Shown piece after piece: positions 16,129 through 20,000 of a DNA stretch of 20,000 nt. Location of the stretch: IMG/VR virus record IMGVR_UViG_3300026254_000003, one strand, 5' to 3'. The DNA comes from an uncultured virus (IMG/VR IMGVR_UViG_3300026254_000003) (lineage: Duplodnaviria; Heunggongvirae; Uroviricota; Caudoviricetes). Each line of letters opens with the position of its first letter. Within the stretch, counting starts at the first letter, position 1. The notes under the pieces were generated by a model. The model was not told where the DNA came from. It saw only the letters and a list, made by a program, of their open reading frames with translations, and made no database searches. Both the position numbers and the translations under genes were made by a program.

Positions 16129-16155
16129 AAAAAAACGCCTAAAATGGCGCTTTTT
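16129..16155. terminator. Bidirectional intrinsic terminator
   Basis: AAAAAAACGCC-TAAAAT-GGCGCTTTTTT. Confidence 0.65.
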
Positions 16156-16185
16156 GTTAACGAAATATTGTGAGGTTTAAGAAGC

Positions 16186-16401
16186 TTATCTTTCAATAAG
16201 CAGCACTATTCGACTGTCATTCTGCGAGAAGCATAAGTCTTCGTGCGAGTGAACCGTTCGCCGGATGTTGGCGATGCGTGCGCCATTCGATGGAGTGCCT
16301 TGTTGCGCGTCAGGATAAAGCGCGTTCATTATCCCCCAGTCGGAATCGCTTCCATTAGGCTGCGTTCGCAAATGGGCCAATATTCGGTCGACAAGTTTCA
16401 T
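16186..16401 (-). CDS. Small protein, possible winged-helix DNA-binding domain, 71 aa
   Basis: ORF track; TGGA RBS. IL..L / IMNALYP / RIANIRRTV helix pattern followed by a beta hairpin. Confidence 0.65.
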   Translation of the reverse strand: MKLVDRILAHLRTQPNGSDSDWGIMNALYPDAQQGTPSNGARIANIRRTVHSHEDLCFSQNDSRIVLLIER

Positions 16402-16421
16402 CGTGCATTCCAGTGATAACG

Positions 16422-17048
16422 TTATGCGCGTAATGCGCTAGGTAATAGGCCGTCTTCAAGTCGTCCACGGATAGTTTCACCATCGCTACGGCGAACATCA
16501 AACAGCGTATGCGGGTCTGCTGGCAGTAGCAAGGTCGCGCTATCAATCGGTGTTCGAGGTTCATCAAGAGGCCAATTGAGCTTCATGGTGAGCTTTACAC
16601 GCTGCGTAGCGTCGTCAAAACCTATATCAAATTTGGGTGTAAATGGGGTGTCGTCAAACACACAGTCAAGACAATAAGGTAGGCTAACATTATTTTGGGC
16701 AAGGGATTCAATGCTCTGGTTATTAACCTCCATACCCGCATCAATCAGCGCGACCCACTGTCCAACAAGTTCAACAAACCACTCGTTTTCCCAACCGTGT
16801 TTTGCACTCCAAATAAATGCCCCTTGCGCGTTCTGTACGTGAGTAAGGTGACGTAAATGTTCTGGGATAGCCTTGCCGACGTAGGCTACCATGTCGGCTG
16901 CACTGACGGCGATTTCCATCCCGCTCTGACGCGAGTTGGTTTTTTGACTGCCTGAAGCATTCTTGCTGGTTTGTGAAAAGTAAAAACGGTACTTTTCCTG
17001 CGGTAGCAACCACAATAAAGGCGGCATAAATTCTGTTGGCGACATCAT
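16422..17048 (-). CDS. Hypothetical protein, 208 aa
   Basis: ORF track; GGGA RBS. Confidence 0.8.
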   Translation of the reverse strand: MMSPTEFMPPLLWLLPQEKYRFYFSQTSKNASGSQKTNSRQSGMEIAVSAADMVAYVGKAIPEHLRHLTHVQNAQGAFIWSAKHGWENEWFVELVGQWVALIDAGMEVNNQSIESLAQNNVSLPYCLDCVFDDTPFTPKFDIGFDDATQRVKLTMKLNWPLDEPRTPIDSATLLLPADPHTLFDVRRSDGETIRGRLEDGLLPSALRA

Positions 17049-17063
17049 AGGTTCCCGTGGTAA

Positions 17064-17390
17064 TTAATCAGTTAACGCACGCTTGCGTAGCGCATCGGAT
17101 AGCGTAACTTCATAACAAGTCGATGTAAAATAACTGTCAGGTTGATAAGTGAAGACCAATAAGGCGTTGCAGGCACTGTTTCGCGCGGAGGCCGCCAGGG
17201 TTTCATCCTTTCGGTTACGAACAATGATCAGCTCGCCTTGAATATTGTCACGTTCGCTTTCGTAGACATCAAGGATGGCTTGCGTTGCGCTGCACACTAT
17301 CATGCGTACGCCCATGCCGTCGCCAGTTCGAGCAAAGTGTCGGTTAGGCTTGTTGATTAATAGCTTCTTGTCTTTCTCTGTTAACGCCAT
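17064..17390 (-). CDS. Hypothetical protein (MALTEKDK..., 108 aa)
   Basis: ATG 17390 after the GGAG of cassette 13. Confidence 0.8.
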   Translation of the reverse strand: MALTEKDKKLLINKPNRHFARTGDGMGVRMIVCSATQAILDVYESERDNIQGELIIVRNRKDETLAASARNSACNALLVFTYQPDSYFTSTCYEVTLSDALRKRALTD

Positions 17391-17396
17391 AATGCG

Positions 17397-17447
17397 CTCC
17401 ATTTGTGTTGACTAAAACAGGTTCGCACAGCCTGTGTTTTTTGTCAA
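17397..17447 (-). promoter_or_regulatory. Conserved promoter/RBS cassette, copy 13 (weak -10)
   Basis: TTGACA (17447-17442)-N17-GAACCT-N5-AGTCAA-CACAAATGGAG. Confidence 0.75.
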
Positions 17448-17494
17448 CAGATAATACACCTATCTGCCGTTGAGAACGAATGATGCACCACCGG

Positions 17495-17839
17495 TTAAGT
17501 AAGGTGCATTGCGCATGTCTCCGGCTTAACAGCATCAATAACGGCGATAAACATGGCGCGCTCATAGGTGTCTGCAAAATTGGTGAAAATGTACCTAGAG
17601 TGGCATGACTCACGCCATCGCACAGCATGTTTAAGGTTGTGCTTGTTTTCTATCCACCAAAGATCATCCGCCGTTCGCGTATCCACCGTGGCGAACATCT
17701 CGCCATTATTATTGCTACTAAAAGTGATCGCAACATTGAACGTTTTTTCGATGTCACCTTTTTCAGATGGAATGCCACATTGCTTAAGCAAGCGCTTCAA
17801 TGCAGGCATTGGTAGTTGTCTTAATAGAGCTGATGACAT
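17495..17839 (-). CDS. Hypothetical protein with SAP/HeH-like N-terminus, 114 aa
   Basis: GGAG RBS. LRQLPMPALKRLLKQCGIP resembles the first half of a SAP motif. Confidence 0.75.
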   Translation of the reverse strand: MSSALLRQLPMPALKRLLKQCGIPSEKGDIEKTFNVAITFSSNNNGEMFATVDTRTADDLWWIENKHNLKHAVRWRESCHSRYIFTNFADTYERAMFIAVIDAVKPETCAMHLT

Positions 17840-17869
17840 CGCTTATCTCCGATAGTGTGAGCATTACAC

Positions 17870-18226
17870 TCAGCGGTTGTTGTACTCAGTAACAGCTTTC
17901 CAGATGGTGCCCGTTAGCGTTTCTAGTGAGCAGGTGTAGCTCGGTGTCGCCGTATTACACAACACGTAAACAGAAAACACACCGTCGTCAGTACCGCTCA
18001 CGCGAACGCTATCGCAATAATCAGGTTCAAACGGAACAACCACATCAATAGCGGCACCGTCAACCTTGTTGATGGCCGCTTTTGCGTCATCAAGCGTCGC
18101 CTCAGCACCGTCGCTAGGAATAGCGATCCACCAGCCTATTGCATACACCGCGTCGGCCACAGATAGTGCCATAGGAGTGTTGAGAGATTCACCCTCAGTC
18201 ATTGCTTTAACGTCTTCCATATTCAT
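17870..18226 (-). CDS. Acidic hypothetical protein, 118 aa
   Basis: ORF track; TAAGG RBS. Confidence 0.8.
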   Translation of the reverse strand: MNMEDVKAMTEGESLNTPMALSVADAVYAIGWWIAIPSDGAEATLDDAKAAINKVDGAAIDVVVPFEPDYCDSVRVSGTDDGVFSVYVLCNTATPSYTCSLETLTGTIWKAVTEYNNR

Positions 18227-18294
18227 GGTGTTGCCTTAATGTTTTGTTCTAAAAATAGGGCGAGGGGCCACGTAGGGCACCTCTTGTTGTGTGG

Positions 18295-18702
18295 TTACGC
18301 CACTTTGCAGGTATGAAAAAGCGAAGGTGGACCAATGCGGGTTTCGCCTGTTTTGACATCCCTGATAACCAATGAGTTCTTAGGTCGGTTGGGTTTAATG
18401 CCAGCGGCAGTGTACTGCTTGTTGTTAATAATAAGCACCGTACCGTAACCATCGGCAGGAAGGTCGAAGCGTGGTGCGTAAAGCGCCCAATCCGCCTTGG
18501 CCTGAGCCTCTATGTCTTCTCTGTTGATGTCAGCCGCAATGTTGATTTTTGACGACATGCCGGACCCATCCGCTTGAAGTGTCATACTTCCTTCTAGCGT
18601 GACCGTCAGACCGTACTCGTTTTTAAGTTCGCTCAGTTTATCTCTAATAATATTAGCAACATCACGTGCGTTGCTCTTATCAATGCGGGTGATTTTAGGC
18701 AT
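18295..18702 (-). CDS. Phage-like hypothetical protein (MPKITRIDK..., 135 aa)
   Basis: ATG 18702 after the GGAG of cassette 14. Resemblance to phage early hypotheticals is recalled, not verified. Confidence 0.8.
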   Translation of the reverse strand: MPKITRIDKSNARDVANIIRDKLSELKNEYGLTVTLEGSMTLQADGSGMSSKINIAADINREDIEAQAKADWALYAPRFDLPADGYGTVLIINNKQYTAAGIKPNRPKNSLVIRDVKTGETRIGPPSLFHTCKVA

Positions 18703-18708
18703 GTCATT

Positions 18709-18759
18709 CTCCTGTTGTGTTGACAGGATCAGTATCTCAAAATCTGCGATGGTTGTCAA
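18709..18759 (-). promoter_or_regulatory. Conserved promoter/RBS cassette, copy 14
   Basis: TTGACA (18759-18754)-N17-GATACT (18736-18731)-N5-TGTCAA (18725-18720)-CACAACAGGAG. Confidence 0.9.
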
Positions 18760-18760
18760 T

Positions 18761-18789
18761 GCCTCGCGCTAAAAATGGAGACGCGAGGC
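18761..18789 (-). terminator. GC hairpin after the 18797 stop, probable terminator
   Basis: GCCTCGCG (18761-18768)/CGCGAGGC (18782-18789); weak T-tail. Confidence 0.5.
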
Positions 18790-18796
18790 GGAAAAT

Positions 18797-19666
18797 TTAA
18801 TTGTCTATATTTGAGAACGTCGAATGCCATATGATGTCCTCACGACTTTGCTCAAGCAGCAGTGAGGAAAGTGTGTTTTGTGGAACCACCCCTGCATCAA
18901 GGAACGTCGACATAAAGAACATCAATGGCAGCACCTTTAGCGCCGAGGTGACGAGCAGGCTACTTTTGCGTTCGTAGTTAGGATAGAACACAACGGCCAG
19001 CAGCATGGGCATAAAAAATGTTATCGCCATAATGATAAAGACAGACACCCAGTTTTCATCAATGATTGAGAGCAGGGAGAAAAACGGGGCAAGTAAAAAT
19101 GCAACGCCAAACGTGAAAGCGATGTTAAGCGCGCGCGTAGCTGTGCGTGGGGACGCTAACCAAACCACCTGCGTAGAAACCCCTAGTAAGAGTGGAAAAG
19201 CGGCATAGAGCCATGAGGGGGAGCCGTAGTTTAAAATAATGGCCAATACAGTGATAAGCGTAATGCCTAGCTTCTTTAAAAAAGGTACATTGTCTTGCGT
19301 TGGCTTTGCAGGGCTGACAATGTCAGGCAGTGTTATTTCAATAGGAGGAACAATGTTGAAAACGTGCGAGCCATAAGAGATTGAGGCGACATCATCAATG
19401 TTATATCGACTCACTTTGTTTTGCGGAAGCATTTCCGAACGGCTGTCCTTGAGCGTTATCGTTACGCCTGGACTCAACGCATCCACGCAAAGCTTGCCCT
19501 TTAGTGATTTGACGCGAAAGGCTTTATAAGGAAGCGTTGATGATTTTATATTAAGTGTGGTGCTATAGTCAGAGCCTACCGATGAATAATATTCATCAAG
19601 TGAAATGAAGTGGTTGTCTTGAGGTTCGCCTGACGTCGCGTATTGGAATCCATAAGTGCGCATCAT
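18797..19666 (-). CDS. Membrane protein: soluble N-terminal ~130 aa plus ~5-6 TM helices
   Basis: ORF track; hydrophobic C-terminal half; TAATG coupling at 19666. Confidence 0.8.
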   Translation of the reverse strand: MMRTYGFQYATSGEPQDNHFISLDEYYSSVGSDYSTTLNIKSSTLPYKAFRVKSLKGKLCVDALSPGVTITLKDSRSEMLPQNKVSRYNIDDVASISYGSHVFNIVPPIEITLPDIVSPAKPTQDNVPFLKKLGITLITVLAIILNYGSPSWLYAAFPLLLGVSTQVVWLASPRTATRALNIAFTFGVAFLLAPFFSLLSIIDENWVSVFIIMAITFFMPMLLAVVFYPNYERKSSLLVTSALKVLPLMFFMSTFLDAGVVPQNTLSSLLLEQSREDIIWHSTFSNIDN

Positions 19667-19965
19667 TAAAGCTCCTCTATAATGTCAGCAAGCAATGTGG
19701 CACTCGCCATGGGGGATAGCCCTTGAAATGTAATGTCATTGGCGATCGCATTGTTGCTGTCGATGGCGTAAGAAATGGTGACGCGATGTATCCAATAGGA
19801 CGGCGATGTGTTGCCACGTACTGCGCAGTTTCTGATCTTTGCCCGACGATTGTTTGTTAATGTGGTAACGATAAACTCACAGGATGAACTGCTGTAGAGA
19901 GAAGCGTCATCGTCCTGAATGAGAGGGGATAATTGAGACAAGAGAAACAGAGGGGTTAACCCCAT
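19666..19965 (-). CDS. Hypothetical protein, 99 aa
   Basis: ORF track; coupled to the downstream gene. Confidence 0.65.
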   Translation of the reverse strand: MGLTPLFLLSQLSPLIQDDDASLYSSSSCEFIVTTLTNNRRAKIRNCAVRGNTSPSYWIHRVTISYAIDSNNAIANDITFQGLSPMASATLLADIIEEL

Positions 19966-20000
19966 TATACGCCGTATAAAGCTTGGTTCGCTGTCTTCTA

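Noticed and set aside
550..18725. Antisense promoters from the plus-strand TTGACA of each cassette
   Set aside because: There is no conserved -10-like hexamer 17 bp downstream on the plus strand in the copies checked.
3542..18759. Repeated N-terminal peptide LTTLxxFEILxLSTQQE in seven ORF-track proteins, as a shared leader or targeting peptide
   Set aside because: It is the translation of the promoter cassette, mostly starting at or near the -35 TTG. It lies upstream of the predicted start site and RBS, and it is out of frame or contains a stop in other copies (2550, 4975, 12378, 17397).
539..18759. Cassette repeats as a CRISPR array or integron attC sites
   Set aside because: Spacing is irregular (about 0.3-2.5 kb) with whole genes between copies. 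There are no cas or integrase genes, the repeats lack the RYYYAAC/GTTRRRY core, and they have exact sigma70 geometry plus an RBS.
173..19208. All plus-strand ORFs and nested alternative-frame minus-strand ORFs in the track
   Set aside because: They are shadows of better minus-strand genes that have RBSs and promoters, and they show no supporting signals of their own.
1..20000. Firm assignment as phage versus plasmid/ICE, and gene symbols such as dcd, comEB or ardA
   Set aside because: No hallmark replication, virion or transfer genes are present, and motif-level similarity is not enough to assign orthology.

Overview
A gene-dense 20 kb stretch (about 45% GC by eye) with about 37 short, mostly hypothetical genes, all on the minus strand. 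It has no replication, structural, conjugation or core housekeeping genes. This layout fits the early/establishment (leading) region of a large plasmid, ICE or jumbo phage, probably of a gammaproteobacterium (inference). Recognisable products are limited to a Zn-dependent cytidine/dCMP-deaminase-family protein, an S24/S26-like peptidase-fold protein, a small CxxC..HxxC Zn-finger protein, two multi-TM membrane proteins and a secreted protein. The non-coding DNA is the most informative part. (1) There are 14 copies of a ~50 bp promoter/RBS cassette (minus strand TTGACA-N17-GATACT-N5/6-TGTCAACACAACAGGAG), in which the -35 box is mirrored by an inverted copy over the predicted start site. (2) Three ~170-200 nt leaders share a pseudoknot architecture with compensatory sequence changes, and each precedes a protein with a related N-terminal helical motif. 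This is a candidate undescribed RNA-protein system. (3) A ~58 bp element resembles a miniature IS200/IS605 remnant. Many ORF-track N-terminal extensions are artefacts of reading through the promoter cassette, so start codons were corrected.
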